Shown here piece by piece: positions 62,369-64,000 of a DNA stretch of 64,000 bases. The stretch's first letter is position 1. Each line of letters begins with the position of its first letter. A model generated the notes under the pieces. The model was not told the origin of the DNA. It made no database searches and saw only the letters and a program-made list of their open reading frames with translations. Source of the DNA: Escherichia coli (GTDB lineage Bacteria; Pseudomonadota; Gammaproteobacteria; Enterobacterales; Enterobacteriaceae); the NCBI RefSeq assembly GCF_044647545.1, contig NZ_CP172818.1; one strand, written 5' to 3'. The position numbers and the translations under genes are program-made.

Positions 62369-62482
62369 GAGTTCCCCAGGTAGATTGGTTCCTGACCCAT
62401 GCTAACGCGATTCCGCTCAAAAATCAGTACAACACCCGAGGGAAAAGGGGGATGCAATGCGGGTTGCATGCTCCCCATTTGC

Positions 62483-62881
62483 TTAGCGGAAGAGTTTCCC
62501 TTTCAGCAGTTCCATGCCTGCGGAAAGCAGATCGTTATTGGCTTGTGCTGACACTTCACCTTGCGGTGAGAGTGCATCAATAATCTTCGGCAATTGTTCT
62601 GCCAGTAAACTGGAAGCTGTACTGGTATCCACGCCCAGTTTTTGCCCGAGATCGGACACCGCATTTGTGCCGAGCGCTGATTCCAGTTGCTCGCCGCTAA
62701 CTGGTTGGTTGCCCTGTTGATTACTCAGCCAGGTTGAGAGAATGGCACCTAAACCGCCACTTTGCAGTTTTTCCAGCAGCACCTGAATGCCGCCCTGCTC
62801 CTCAACCCAGCTCAAAATCGCCTGATATTTCCCCGCATCGCCTTTCAGAAAGGCACCGACAACGTCATCAAAAAGCCCCAT
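62483..62881 (-). CDS. yidB: UPF0213/DUF937-family protein YidB
   Basis: 132 codons from the ATG at 62881 (MGLFDDVVGAF). Confidence 0.85.
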   Translation of the reverse strand: MGLFDDVVGAFLKGDAGKYQAILSWVEEQGGIQVLLEKLQSGGLGAILSTWLSNQQGNQPVSGEQLESALGTNAVSDLGQKLGVDTSTASSLLAEQLPKIIDALSPQGEVSAQANNDLLSAGMELLKGKLFR

Positions 62882-63015
62882 GATAATCACCTGTAAAGCG
62901 TTACGTGTTGACCCAAAAAGTATAGATCTGCGGGATGATAATTGCGGATTGCAGAAATAAAAAGGGCGGAGATGATCTCCCGCGACTAAGTCATTTTATC
63001 AGCAACAAAAAGCCA

Positions 63016-64000
<985 letters not shown>

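Overview
This window is a near-complete match in gene content, order and protein lengths to the Escherichia coli K-12 chromosome from yicC to gyrB (about 82-83 min); that identification rests on recognising the translated ORFs, not on a database search. The genes run yicC (partial), dinD, yicG, ligB, gmk, rpoZ, spoT, trmH, recG, gltS, xanP, yicH, yicI, yicJ, tRNA-Sec selC, setC, yicL, nlpA, yicS, nepI, yicN, adeQ, ade, uhpTCBA, ilvNB with ivbL, istR/tisB, emrD, yidFGH, yidJ, yidK, yidL, glvG (pseudogene), a fused glv PTS EIICB gene, yidP, yidE, ibpBA, yidQ, yidR, cbrA, dgoTDAKR, yidX, yidA, yidB and the 3' part of gyrB. I found no evidence for a new biological system: every substantial ORF is a known core gene or a spurious overlapping or low-complexity frame. 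The most unusual features are two non-coding, homopolymer-rich blocks (about 25,340-25,985 and 35,150-36,737) that sit in intergenic positions I recall as short in K-12. Both degrade progressively into poly-A, poly-C and poly-G runs and are flanked by locally degraded sequence, including an in-frame TAG in ilvN and a degenerate REP element. I read them as assembly or sequencing artefacts, or non-native or synthetic insertions, not as biology. Known systems present include the LexA-controlled tisB/istR-1 type I toxin-antitoxin, the uhp sugar-phosphate sensing system, the dgo galactonate operon, the ibpAB heat-shock operon and a cryptic sulfatase cluster. The selC integration hotspot carries no island.
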